From a virus (Duplodnaviria; Caudoviricetes): a stretch of 41,672 bases of DNA. Both the position numbers and the translations under genes were made by a program. The stretch spans positions 1 through 41,672 of the IMG/VR virus record IMGVR_UViG_3300011439_000006. One strand, 5' to 3'. Positions within the stretch are counted from its first letter, which is position 1, and each line of letters opens with the position of its first letter. This document shows, piece after piece, positions 32,822 through 41,672 of this stretch. Below the pieces are notes generated by a model that did no database searches, was not told the origin of the DNA, and saw only the letters and a list, made by a program, of their open reading frames with translations.

Positions 32822-34459
32822 ATGGAGGGCTTCTACCAGCTCCCGGCGTGGGAGCAGCAGGTGTGGACCGCCCAGTACGGGGCAGCAGCCCCCTACATCT
32901 GGGCCCAGCAGTCCGGCGCCTGGGCCGCCCCCTCGGCCCAGGCGCAGGGCTTCAACGCCCTCCCCGCCGACCAGCAGGCGATCTGGTACGGCACCTACGG
33001 CGAGCAGGCGCCCCAGATCTGGGCCCAGCAAGCGGCTGCTGCGGGCGGCGCCGGCGCCCAGGGCGCCCAAGCCGGCGCGGCGGGCTCCGCCCCAAGGGGG
33101 GCCGGGGGCCAGGTGCCGTTCGTCGGCTACAACCAGTGGGGGGGCACGGTGGCCCCGTCGACGCCCGCGACCATCGGGGCGGGCACGGCGGGGATCCAGT
33201 ACGGCTACGGCGTGCCGGGCTTCGGCCAGGCCCAGATCCCCATCAACCCGGACTACCTCTCGTACCTCCAAAGCGCCCCCGGCTACATCCCGGGGAGCGG
33301 CACCTACAACCAGTTCCGGCTCGATCAGCCGGGACTGCTGACGAACATCCTGGGCCAGCAGATGAACGCCCGCTACGGGCAGGGGGGCACGGGCGACCCC
33401 ACCACCGGGCAGGAGCCCCAGACGCCCCAGGAGTGGCTGAACCAGCCGCAGCTGTTCACCTGGGACTTCAACATGGGCCAGACGCCCGACACCCAGGGCC
33501 TGGACTACATCGCCAACCTCTTCGGGCGCCCGGAGAGCAGCTCCGGCCTCTCGACGGCGGCCTTCTCCGCCCCGGAGCAGTACTGGCAGGGGCTCTACCA
33601 GAACATCGCCAACGGCAAGGTGAAGCCCACCGCCGCCGGGTGGCGCTTCCTGGCGCAGTACAAGGGGGTCACGCCCCAGACGGTCGGCGGGGTGGCCCCC
33701 CAGCAAGCGGCCGCGGTGGGGGCCGGGACTGGGGGAGCGGGGGGCACCGGCAACGCCCAGACCGACGCCCTGGCCAGCATCGCCGCCTCCCAGGCCGCCG
33801 ACCAGGCGGCGCGCCAGGCCTACCAGGAATGGACGATGCGAACGGGCGACGAAACGCTCGCCCTCCAAAAAGCCCAGCAGGCCTGGAGCCAGACCTTCCA
33901 GGAGCGTGCCCAGAAGTTCGCGCAGGGCGTCACCGAAGCCGGTCTCTTGGGCACCTACAACGGCCAGCAGACGCAAGCCGCCCAACAGCAGCAGTGGAAC
34001 CAGGGCTTCCAGCAGCAGCAGGCCGACCGCACCACCGCGCTCTCGCTCCTCCAGCAGCAAAGCGCGCTCCAGGGGCCCCGCGATTGGTTGAAGTATCAGC
34101 AGCTGAATGCCAACACCCCGCAGGGCTTCCGCGACCTGGTTGCTGGCCTGGCCGGCCAGTACGGCTTTGCTGGCAGCGGCGCCCAGGGGACGCCGGGTGC
34201 GGCCACCCTGGCCACCCGTACGCAGGACTTGCTCAGTGGCGGCCAGGCCATGGCCGGCGCCCAGGCGCAGAACCAGTACGCCCTCCCCAGCCCCAATCAG
34301 ATCAACCTGCGTAACTGGACGTCGATGAGCCCCAGCCAGCAGCAGATGGCGCTCGGCGCCTACGAGAGTCAAGGCTACCCGGGGGACGATGTGCTCAAGC
34401 AGCTGCAGGCGGCGGCCCCGCGCTACGTCGGGCCCAGCGCCGCCACGGTGGGGATGTAG
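32822..34459 (+). CDS. Putative internal virion (DNA ejection) protein, Gln/Gly/Ala-rich
   Basis: GGAGGAG RBS; composition typical of podoviral pilot proteins; N-terminal 28-aa duplication. Confidence 0.65.
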   Translation: MEGFYQLPAWEQQVWTAQYGAAAPYIWAQQSGAWAAPSAQAQGFNALPADQQAIWYGTYGEQAPQIWAQQAAAAGGAGAQGAQAGAAGSAPRGAGGQVPFVGYNQWGGTVAPSTPATIGAGTAGIQYGYGVPGFGQAQIPINPDYLSYLQSAPGYIPGSGTYNQFRLDQPGLLTNILGQQMNARYGQGGTGDPTTGQEPQTPQEWLNQPQLFTWDFNMGQTPDTQGLDYIANLFGRPESSSGLSTAAFSAPEQYWQGLYQNIANGKVKPTAAGWRFLAQYKGVTPQTVGGVAPQQAAAVGAGTGGAGGTGNAQTDALASIAASQAADQAARQAYQEWTMRTGDETLALQKAQQAWSQTFQERAQKFAQGVTEAGLLGTYNGQQTQAAQQQQWNQGFQQQQADRTTALSLLQQQSALQGPRDWLKYQQLNANTPQGFRDLVAGLAGQYGFAGSGAQGTPGAATLATRTQDLLSGGQAMAGAQAQNQYALPSPNQINLRNWTSMSPSQQQMALGAYESQGYPGDDVLKQLQAAAPRYVGPSAATVGM

Positions 34460-34473
34460 GCAGCGAGGCCCCC

Positions 34474-37400
34474 TTGGCGATGCCGCTCCCACCGGTCGAC
34501 CTGAACACCTGGCGCCGCTACACCGCCGACCGCTTCCGGGACACGGCCACGGCGGCGCTGCAGGCGGTGCCCCAGACGGCCTGGGCCCTGGAGGCCGGGC
34601 GCGCCCTGGGGGGCCTGCCCGACCCGATCGCTCCCCCGCCGCCCCCTTACGGGCAGAGCCCGCCGCCCGCTCCCCCGCCGCCCCCTGAGCCGGAGCCGGT
34701 CGACGCGCCGCCCCCACCACCGCCGCAGAGCCCCGTGCAGGCGCTAGGCTCCCGCATCGGGTCGACCTTCAGCGGGATCGGCGAACGCGCCTCAGGCGCC
34801 CTCTCCGGGGCCCGAGGGGCCCTCCTGGGAGGGGTGGAGCAGGCGCACCAGTCCGTCGGGGGGTGGGCCGACCAGGCGCAGGACCAGCTCGCCTCGCTGG
34901 GCAGCGAGATCGGCACCGGCTTCTCGGAAGCGCAGCGCGCGCCACTGCCCTCGCTCTCGGGGGCCTCCGGAGGCGGGCTGGTCCCCCATGGAACGCCAGG
35001 CCAGGCGCCCTCCGCCTGGGAGCCATCGACGCCGTGGGAGCAGGCGGGGGCCCTGGCCTCACGCGTCCCGAGGGGGGCCTTCGCGCCGGTGCAGGGCGTG
35101 GCGGGGGCCATGGGCGAGGCCCTGGAGCAGGGGCGCCAGGCCCTGCCCGGGCCTCTGGGCACGGCCCTGGGCGCCCTGGGGGCCGTCCCCGCCGGCTTCG
35201 GCCAGCTGGGGGAGCAGGCGGCCCTGGGCGCCGGCTTCACCCCGGAGCAGGCGGAGGCGCAGGGGCGTTTGGCGGCCATCGTCTCCCCCGGCCTGGGCGG
35301 GCTCGAGCAGGGGAGCCGCCGGCTGGGGCAGGTGGCCACCGCGGGGCTGGGGGGCGTCGGGGCGGTCAAGGGGGCCCTGGAGACGGAGGGCGGGCTGGGC
35401 GAGCGGGCGGCCGGGGCCCTGGAGGGCGGACTCAACTGGGCGCAGTTCGGGCAGCCGGTGGGCGCCCTCGCCGACCTGGCGCGGGTGTTGCCCTACCGCC
35501 TGGGCACGGCCGCCGCCGGGGCCGCCGACGAGGGGGCGCTGGGCATCCGCCGCGGGCAGCGCTTCCGGGAGGCCCCCCTCACTCCCGAGCAGCAGGCGCA
35601 GCGCTCCCGCGACGGGGCGGCGGAGCAACGGGTGTTCGACGCCATCGCCCGCCTGTGGCGCGCAGGCCCGGACGGAGAGGCGGCGGCCGACGACCTGCGC
35701 TTCCTGGCCGTGGGGAAGGGCGAGGCGGGGGAGGCTGCCGCCCGGGAGTACCTCGCCGGGAAGGGGCTCGAGGAAGTGCTGCCCCCGCCCCCTGCGGCGG
35801 CGGCCGCCGTGGCCGGCGCGCCGGCCACGGACGGCTCCCTGCTGGGCCTGGCCCGGCGGGCGACGTCGCCCCTCATGGCCCGCGCTGCCCAGACGCCGGG
35901 GGAGCGCGCCTTCGACGTCGCGGCGGGCACGGCCGGGGGTCTCGGGGCCGCGGCGACGGCGGACGAGGACGCCACCTGGCAGGAGCGCCTCGGCCGGGGC
36001 TTGGCCGGCGCCTCCCTGGGCGCCCTGGGCGGGGCCAACCTGCGCCAGCTGGGGCGGGTGGGACGCGGTGCGCTGGCGGACGAGACCCTGGGGGCCGCCG
36101 CCGGACGGACGCTGCTGCCCAGCGACCGAGAGGCGATGCGCCGGGCCACCGCCGCCGGACGGGCCGCGCCCCCGGAGGTGGTGGAGCGCCTGGCCTCGCT
36201 TCAGGACGAGGCCGCCGCTGTCGCCACCGGCACCGACCCCGCCCGCCGGGCGTCCCTGCTGGGCAACGTGCTGGAGGTGTTCAACAACTACAGCCTGGCC
36301 GGCCCCCTGTCCCTGCTCACCAACCTCACCGGGGGCCTCACCCAGACCGCCCTGAACGTGGGCGAGGCCGTGGGCGCCGCGGGCCCCCGGGGCGCCCTGC
36401 GCTACGCCCGGGGCGCCGCCGGGGCCGTCCCCCGCGCGCTGCGGGAGGGGGGCCGGGTGTTCGTGGAGGGGACGCAGGCCCGGGGCACGCCCCTGGGGGG
36501 CACGACGCAGGAGCTGGCCGTCGCCGGGGGCCTCTCTGAGGGCCGGGGCCTGGCCCGGACTGTGGGGAGCTGGGCCACCCGCCTCAACGCCGCCACCGAC
36601 CGCGCCATCTGGGCCGTCAACGACGCCGGGGCCCGGCAGGTGGGCGAGCAGCTCGGCTTCACCGGCCAGCGGCTCGAGGACTTCGCCAAGCGCTACGCCG
36701 AGGAGGCCACCTACGCCGGCAAGCCGTCCGCCCTGGGGGAACTGCTGACCAAGGCCCGGGGCACCCTCTCCGACCCCGACGCCGGCGCGGCCGACCGCCT
36801 CTGGGGGGGCTTCGTGTACGCCCTGGCCCCCTACATCCGGGTGCCGGAGCGCATCCTGCGCCAGGCCGGCGACCTGACCACGCTGGGCGCCGCCAACTGG
36901 AACAAGCTGCTCGCCAAAGACCCGGCCGTGCGGGCCCACGCCCGGGGGCGCATCGGCGCCGCCACCGCCACCACCCTGGCCATCGCCTACCAGGCCGCCC
37001 AGGGCGCCGTGACAGGGGACGGCCCCCAGGACCCGGACGAGCGGGCCGCGCTGGAGGCCCGCACGAACGAGGCCGGCGACCCCCTGTGGCGACGGAACAG
37101 CTTCCGGGTGGAGGTGCCCGGCGCCGGACCGGGGGGCACGGCGCGCCTGTTCTGGTTCCCCAACCGGGCCCTGGGCGCCGTCGGCACCCAGATGGACCTG
37201 ATCGCCAACGCCGTCGACGCCTACGAGCGGGAGCGCGCCGAGAGCGGGGAGGGCCCCGGTGCGGCCTGGACGGGGGGCAAGGCGCTGGTCAACGAGGTGG
37301 TGGCCACCGCCCTGGGCGACAGCTGGCTGGACGACATGCTCCGCTTCGGGGAGCGCAGCAAGAAGGGGCAGTTCCTGGAGGCCACGGGGGAGCAGCTCGC

Positions 37401-38271
37401 CGGCTTCGCCGGCCGGCCCCTGGCCGTGGCGGCGCCCCTGGCCCGGGCCACCGACCCCTACGCCCGGGAGGTGCAGCGGGGCGACGTCGTGGGGCGGGTG
37501 CTGGAGCGCCTGCCGTTCGCCCGGGAGACCCTCCCCGCCCGCGTCGACCCCACCACCGGGGAGCCCGTGCGCCAGGGCGGGACGCCCCTCCAGCGGGCCG
37601 TGGGGGCCACCCCGCCCGTGGCCACCGCCCCCCGGGCGGAGACGGCCCGCCTGGCCTCGCTGAAGGGCCCGGACGGCACGGCCCTGTACCCGGGGGTGCT
37701 GCCCCGCGTCTTCGACGAGCCGGAGGTGACCTACGCGGGGGCCACGCAGACGCCGGCCCAGAAGCGGGTGCTGCAGCAGGCCTACGGCTCCGAGACCGGG
37801 CGCTACCTGGGGCTCCTGCTGGCCGGCCAGGCGTACCGCGACGCCAGCGACGCCGAGAAGGCCGAGATGGTGCAGCGGGCGCTCCGCACGGTGGCCAAGG
37901 AGGCCGACGTGCGGGCGGGCAGCCGGATCGCCCGCGACCCGAAGAACCGGGCGGCCTGGGAGTACCTGGCCGTGCCCCACTACGCCGGGGTCGACCCCAA
38001 AGCGTCCCCGGACGAGATCCGGCGCCAGAACCTGCGCATCGCCGAGGCGCGGGCGCAGCTGGCCGCCTTCCGGGCCCGCTACCCGCAGCAGCCCCAGCGG
38101 GGGGAGGCCGAGCTGGCCCAGGCCGACCGGGAGCTGTACGCCCTGGCCAAGCGCCCCCCGGTGCCCCCGGCCTACCTCGAGGCGCAGCGGGAGGCGATCC
38201 GCAAGCGCGTGGGGGTCACGCCCGACGCCGACCCGGCGGACGTCATCCTCGCGGGGGCGGTGCGCCCGTGA
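34474..38271 (+). CDS. Large putative internal virion protein (about 1265 aa)
   Basis: Size, Ala/Gly-rich helices, GAVTGDGP.DP and LPARVDP-type motifs seen in large ejection proteins. Confidence 0.65.
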   Translation: MAMPLPPVDLNTWRRYTADRFRDTATAALQAVPQTAWALEAGRALGGLPDPIAPPPPPYGQSPPPAPPPPPEPEPVDAPPPPPPQSPVQALGSRIGSTFSGIGERASGALSGARGALLGGVEQAHQSVGGWADQAQDQLASLGSEIGTGFSEAQRAPLPSLSGASGGGLVPHGTPGQAPSAWEPSTPWEQAGALASRVPRGAFAPVQGVAGAMGEALEQGRQALPGPLGTALGALGAVPAGFGQLGEQAALGAGFTPEQAEAQGRLAAIVSPGLGGLEQGSRRLGQVATAGLGGVGAVKGALETEGGLGERAAGALEGGLNWAQFGQPVGALADLARVLPYRLGTAAAGAADEGALGIRRGQRFREAPLTPEQQAQRSRDGAAEQRVFDAIARLWRAGPDGEAAADDLRFLAVGKGEAGEAAAREYLAGKGLEEVLPPPPAAAAAVAGAPATDGSLLGLARRATSPLMARAAQTPGERAFDVAAGTAGGLGAAATADEDATWQERLGRGLAGASLGALGGANLRQLGRVGRGALADETLGAAAGRTLLPSDREAMRRATAAGRAAPPEVVERLASLQDEAAAVATGTDPARRASLLGNVLEVFNNYSLAGPLSLLTNLTGGLTQTALNVGEAVGAAGPRGALRYARGAAGAVPRALREGGRVFVEGTQARGTPLGGTTQELAVAGGLSEGRGLARTVGSWATRLNAATDRAIWAVNDAGARQVGEQLGFTGQRLEDFAKRYAEEATYAGKPSALGELLTKARGTLSDPDAGAADRLWGGFVYALAPYIRVPERILRQAGDLTTLGAANWNKLLAKDPAVRAHARGRIGAATATTLAIAYQAAQGAVTGDGPQDPDERAALEARTNEAGDPLWRRNSFRVEVPGAGPGGTARLFWFPNRALGAVGTQMDLIANAVDAYERERAESGEGPGAAWTGGKALVNEVVATALGDSWLDDMLRFGERSKKGQFLEATGEQLAGFAGRPLAVAAPLARATDPYAREVQRGDVVGRVLERLPFARETLPARVDPTTGEPVRQGGTPLQRAVGATPPVATAPRAETARLASLKGPDGTALYPGVLPRVFDEPEVTYAGATQTPAQKRVLQQAYGSETGRYLGLLLAGQAYRDASDAEKAEMVQRALRTVAKEADVRAGSRIARDPKNRAAWEYLAVPHYAGVDPKASPDEIRRQNLRIAEARAQLAAFRARYPQQPQRGEAELAQADRELYALAKRPPVPPAYLEAQREAIRKRVGVTPDADPADVILAGAVRP

Positions 38272-38497
38272 CGTCGCCGGCGGGGGCGGGGGTGGGGGCG
38301 CTCCAGATGCCCCGCAGCAGCAGCACCACGACGGCGAGGTACGCCCCGCCGGCCAGGACGAGCCCGGGCATCCCCAGGCCGATGCTGCCCACGCCCCCGA
38401 TGAGGACGAGCAGGATGAGCAAGGAGAGCGGGACGACGGCGGCGGTCGACAGCAGCCGGTGGCGCAGCGTGGGCGGGGGTGCTGGGGTGGGTGACAT
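38243..38497 (-). CDS. Small two-TM membrane protein, antisense moron
   Basis: VVPLSLLILLVLIGGVG and GLVLAGGAYLAVVVLLL; fills the gap between structural genes. Confidence 0.65.
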   Translation of the reverse strand: MSPTPAPPPTLRHRLLSTAAVVPLSLLILLVLIGGVGSIGLGMPGLVLAGGAYLAVVVLLLRGIWSAPTPAPAGDVTGAPPPRG

Positions 38498-38579
38498 CGA
38501 GCCTGTACCTCGTGCCTCGAGTATCGCCTACCGAGGGGGGGTCCCGCGGTGAGGTGCGTCACACCCGAGTGGAAAGGCG

Positions 38580-39788
38580 GTGGCGGTGCCCCCTGAGTGG
38601 TGGAGTGCGGTCAGCCGTCCGACGGCACCGACCCCGTCTGCCGACCCCGGAGCCCTCCTGGGCGCCGCACCCGCCTACACCGGCCCCCAACCGGGCGGAG
38701 CCCGGGCGGGGACCCCGGTGGCGCCCCACTGGGGCCTGGCCACCCAGGCGGCGCAGAAGCACGGGCTGGATCCCTCTTTGCTGGCGGCGGTGTGGGACTT
38801 CGAGAGTAGCGGGAACCCGGGGGCCATCAACAAGAGCAGCGGGGCCACCGGGCTGGGGCAGGTGATGCCCCGGGAGCGGGGCTTCCCCGACCGGCCTACC
38901 CAGCGGGAGCTGCTCGACCCGGCCACCAACGCGGAGTGGAGCGCCCGCATCCTCAAGAGCGGGCTCGACCGCTACGGCAACGAGGACAAGGCCCTGGCCG
39001 CCTACCTCGGCGCCATCGACGCCCGGGGCAACATCACCGGGGCCGTCGACGCCAACGGGACAGGGGGTAACCAGTACATCCGCACGGTACGGGAGCGCCA
39101 GCAGCGATACACCGGTGGGGGCGCACCGGGCCCAGCCACGCCCCCCGCGGCGTCTGCCCCGGCCCCCGCCCCGGCCCCCGCCTGGTGGACGGCGCTCGCG
39201 TCCTCGGACGCTGGAGGCGGGGCCAGAGGCCGAGGGGCACCCGCTGGTGACGCCGGCGGGGCCGCCACCGCCCCGATCGGGGCGGCCCCGGTCAAGCAGG
39301 CGGTGGCGGCCTCTTGGGCCCTGGCCAACCTGGGGAGCAAAGACTTCTACAACCTGTGCCAGCGCTTCATCGAGCAGGCCTACGGCACGGGCGGGCAGTA
39401 CGGCTCCGCGGCCGCGGCCAGCAAGGCCCTGTTCAAGACGGCCGACCCGGCCCAGGCGGACGTGGGCGACCTGGTGTTCTTCCGCCCCGACGCCAGCAAC
39501 GGGTACGCCGGGCACGCCGCCATCTACCTCGGGAACGGGGAGATGGTGGGGGCCACCAACGCCGGCGTCACCAAGGACAACATCTTCACCAACCCCTACT
39601 GGAAGAACCTCCTGGTGGGCTTCGGCGACCCCCCCGACGCTTGGAAAGGGCGCCCCTCGAGCGGCGACCTCATGAAGGGGGCCGGCCAGCTGGTCGGGAA
39701 TGCGAAGGCGGCCGTGCAGGGCGCAGTGGGGGCCACGGCGGGAGCGGCTCCCGCTTGGTGGAGCGCAGTGACGGGAGGGAGGAGCTAA
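38580..39788 (+). CDS. Virion-associated peptidoglycan hydrolase: SLT transglycosylase + NlpC/P60 domain
   Basis: FESSGNPGA..SGATGLGQVMP, DPATN, ALAAY; LCQRFI, GDLVFF, GHAAIYLGNG. Confidence 0.9.
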   Translation: MAVPPEWWSAVSRPTAPTPSADPGALLGAAPAYTGPQPGGARAGTPVAPHWGLATQAAQKHGLDPSLLAAVWDFESSGNPGAINKSSGATGLGQVMPRERGFPDRPTQRELLDPATNAEWSARILKSGLDRYGNEDKALAAYLGAIDARGNITGAVDANGTGGNQYIRTVRERQQRYTGGGAPGPATPPAASAPAPAPAPAWWTALASSDAGGGARGRGAPAGDAGGAATAPIGAAPVKQAVAASWALANLGSKDFYNLCQRFIEQAYGTGGQYGSAAAASKALFKTADPAQADVGDLVFFRPDASNGYAGHAAIYLGNGEMVGATNAGVTKDNIFTNPYWKNLLVGFGDPPDAWKGRPSSGDLMKGAGQLVGNAKAAVQGAVGATAGAAPAWWSAVTGGRS

Positions 39789-39791
39789 ACG

Positions 39792-41510
39792 ATGGCGGCC
39801 TCAGCACTGGCCATGCAAATCGCGCAGTGGATCGCCCGGGGCCGGCAGGGCCCCCCGCCCGCCGGGGCCACCGCCCAGGACATCGCGGCGGCGGGCCTGC
39901 CCCCTCCGGCCACGGGCACCACGGACTCCGGGGACGCCGTCACCAGCGGCCCGCCTGGCCCCACCACCGAGGCGGCCACGGCGGCGGAGCGCGTGCTGCC
40001 CTACCCCGAGCCCAAGGACGAGTACGAGCGGGCGCGGAACCAGGAGCAGCGCCTGCTGTGGCAGCTCGAGGACGCCGACGCGGCCATCACCGCGGCCCGC
40101 GCCAACCCTACCTCCCCCGACTACTTCAACATCCCGCAGCTGGAGACCAACCGCTCCCGGATCAACTCCGACCTCACCGCCCAGCAGGGGACAGTGCAGC
40201 GGGCGCTGGCCGCGCGGGAGGTGGAGGAGAAGAAGAAGCCCCACACCGTCCAGAAGCAAGAGCGGGGACCGGACGGGGAGACCTACGTCGTCACCTACGA
40301 CGTCGACGCGGCGGGCAACGAGAAGTGGAACGGCCAGAAGCCGGTCAAGCTCGATCTGGGCACCGACCCGAACGCCGCCGTCGAGCTGCAGACCGCGCAG
40401 GTGAACCTGGAGCGGGCCCGCCAGCAGCTGGCGCAGGAGCAGGACCCGCTGAAGCGGGCGCAGCTCCAGGCCCAGGTGGAGCAGGCGCAGTTCACCCTCC
40501 AGCAGGCCCGGGCGAAGGCGCCCCTCGAGCAGCGCCTCCAGGAGCTCAGCATCCAGCAGGCCGAGCAGAACCTGAACCGCCCCAGCGTCCAGACGGTCGG
40601 CGGGCGGGCGGTGGGCCTCGACCCCCTCACCGGCCGGCAGACCTTCGCGACCGATCTGATGAGCCCGGAGGAGCGGGCGCGGGCGGAGGCCACGGCCGAC
40701 CTGCAGCTCGAGGCGGCCCAGCGCGGCACCCTGCCCCAGAACGCCTACGCCGCCTACACCCAGGAGCGCTCCCGGCTCCAGACGGCGGGCCGGGCGGAGA
40801 TCGACCGCCTGCAGGAGCTGCAGCGCCAGGGGGTGCTCTCGGCGCAGCAGGCCGAGAGCCAGTTCCAGCAGTGGCTGGGCCCCCGCCAGGCGCAGCTGGA
40901 GGGTTTGCAGGCGGCGGCGAGCGAGGCCCAGCGCGCGGAGCAGCAGCGCGTGGACGAGCTCAACGTGGCGGAGGAGCGGCGCGTGGCCGCGGCCAATCAG
41001 GCCCGGGAGCAGACCGCCTTCGGGGTCGGCGAGAGCGCCCGCCAGCAGCTGGCGGCGCTGCTGCCGAACGTCCGCACGCCCCAGTTCCTGGCGCAGTATG
41101 GGGGGCTGGTGGAGCGCATGGCCCAGCGCGCCCAGGCCCCGTCAGCCGAAGCCGCCGCGGCGCTCCCACGGGGCACCACGTTCAGCGCCGACACCTTCAA
41201 TCCCGCCAACTTCCGGGGGGTGCTGCCCGACCTCGAAAGTTTTGCGAAGGCTGCGACTGACCGCGCCCTGGCCGCCATCAGCCCCACCGTGGCCCAACGC
41301 ATCGGCTTCAACGCCCCGCCCCTGCCCACCGGGGACGCCCTGACGGGGCTGATAAACAAAGTCGGATACGCAGGACCACTTCTGCGCGCGCCTCAAGGCG
41401 GCGTACCGCTCCCGGATCAAAACGCGATCGATCTGGGCACGGGCCAAGCGAGAACCGTTTATCCCGGTGGGTCTTGGCTCGATTGGCCGATCGGCGCGCC
41501 TCCGACATAG
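39792..41510 (+). CDS. Putative internal virion protein, coiled-coil Gln/Ala-rich
   Basis: GGAGG RBS; long heptad regions; 3' end overlaps the HNH gene convergently. Confidence 0.65.
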   Translation: MAASALAMQIAQWIARGRQGPPPAGATAQDIAAAGLPPPATGTTDSGDAVTSGPPGPTTEAATAAERVLPYPEPKDEYERARNQEQRLLWQLEDADAAITAARANPTSPDYFNIPQLETNRSRINSDLTAQQGTVQRALAAREVEEKKKPHTVQKQERGPDGETYVVTYDVDAAGNEKWNGQKPVKLDLGTDPNAAVELQTAQVNLERARQQLAQEQDPLKRAQLQAQVEQAQFTLQQARAKAPLEQRLQELSIQQAEQNLNRPSVQTVGGRAVGLDPLTGRQTFATDLMSPEERARAEATADLQLEAAQRGTLPQNAYAAYTQERSRLQTAGRAEIDRLQELQRQGVLSAQQAESQFQQWLGPRQAQLEGLQAAASEAQRAEQQRVDELNVAEERRVAAANQAREQTAFGVGESARQQLAALLPNVRTPQFLAQYGGLVERMAQRAQAPSAEAAAALPRGTTFSADTFNPANFRGVLPDLESFAKAATDRALAAISPTVAQRIGFNAPPLPTGDALTGLINKVGYAGPLLRAPQGGVPLPDQNAIDLGTGQARTVYPGGSWLDWPIGAPPT

Positions 41511-41671
41511 CGGTAGGAGCGACCGTCCACGATATGCCCGACGGTCGAGACAGCTAGCCCATACTCCCGTGCCAGGACGCTCGAGGGCACACCCAGGCGA
41601 TACTGTTCACGAAGCTCACGGACCTGACGGTCGGTGAGCCGTCGACCCCCCGCGCGGCCTTTGATTGCCAT
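41459..41671 (-). CDS. C-terminal HTH part of the junction-spanning HNH endonuclease
   Basis: In frame with ATG 638 after circularisation (638-122=516 nt). Confidence 0.85.
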   Translation of the reverse strand: MAIKGRAGGRRLTDRQVRELREQYRLGVPSSVLAREYGLAVSTVGHIVDGRSYRYVGGAPIGQSSQDPPG

Positions 41672-41672
41672 G
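41550..41672. repeat. Terminal direct repeat (copy of 1-123)
   Basis: Exact match. Confidence 0.95.

Noticed and set aside
1-41672. Full TAG reassignment, tRNA genes, reverse transcriptase/DGR, DNA-modification genes
   Set aside because: Core genes are intact under code 11; no cloverleaf, RT or methyltransferase motifs recognised by eye (not verified computationally)

Overview
The window is an apparently complete, circularly assembled temperate phage genome. Bases 1-123 equal 41550-41672, so the unit length is 41,549 bp. GC is very high, roughly 70-75% by eye. There is no tape-measure or tail-tube gene, but there are a portal, an adaptor/nozzle-like pair, a tail fibre and several large internal-virion-type proteins, so the virion is probably podovirus-like. 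Modules are: head/tail (0.8-9.4 kb), lysis (9.4-12.2 kb), lysogeny (Arc-like protein, large serine integrase, XRE repressor and Cro-like gene; 12.3-15.9 kb), recombination (ERCC4, RecT-like, PD-(D/E)XK; 16-20 kb), replication (J-domain protein, VWA protein, primase-polymerase/SF3 helicase, inverted-iteron origin; 20.7-26.7 kb), and packaging plus ejection proteins (27.7-41.5 kb). The host is unknown; a high-GC Terrabacterium such as Chloroflexota or Actinomycetota is my inference. Most notable observations: (1) a lysis-cassette gene apparently overprinted by two further genes, using all three forward frames; (2) an HNH cassette that supplies a synonymously recoded replacement 3' end for the gene it invaded and leaves the original 3' end stranded downstream; (3) a J-domain + VWA + SF3 primase-helicase replication module; (4) a possible attP inside the repressor 3' end. 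All protein calls are motif recognition by eye; no searches were run.
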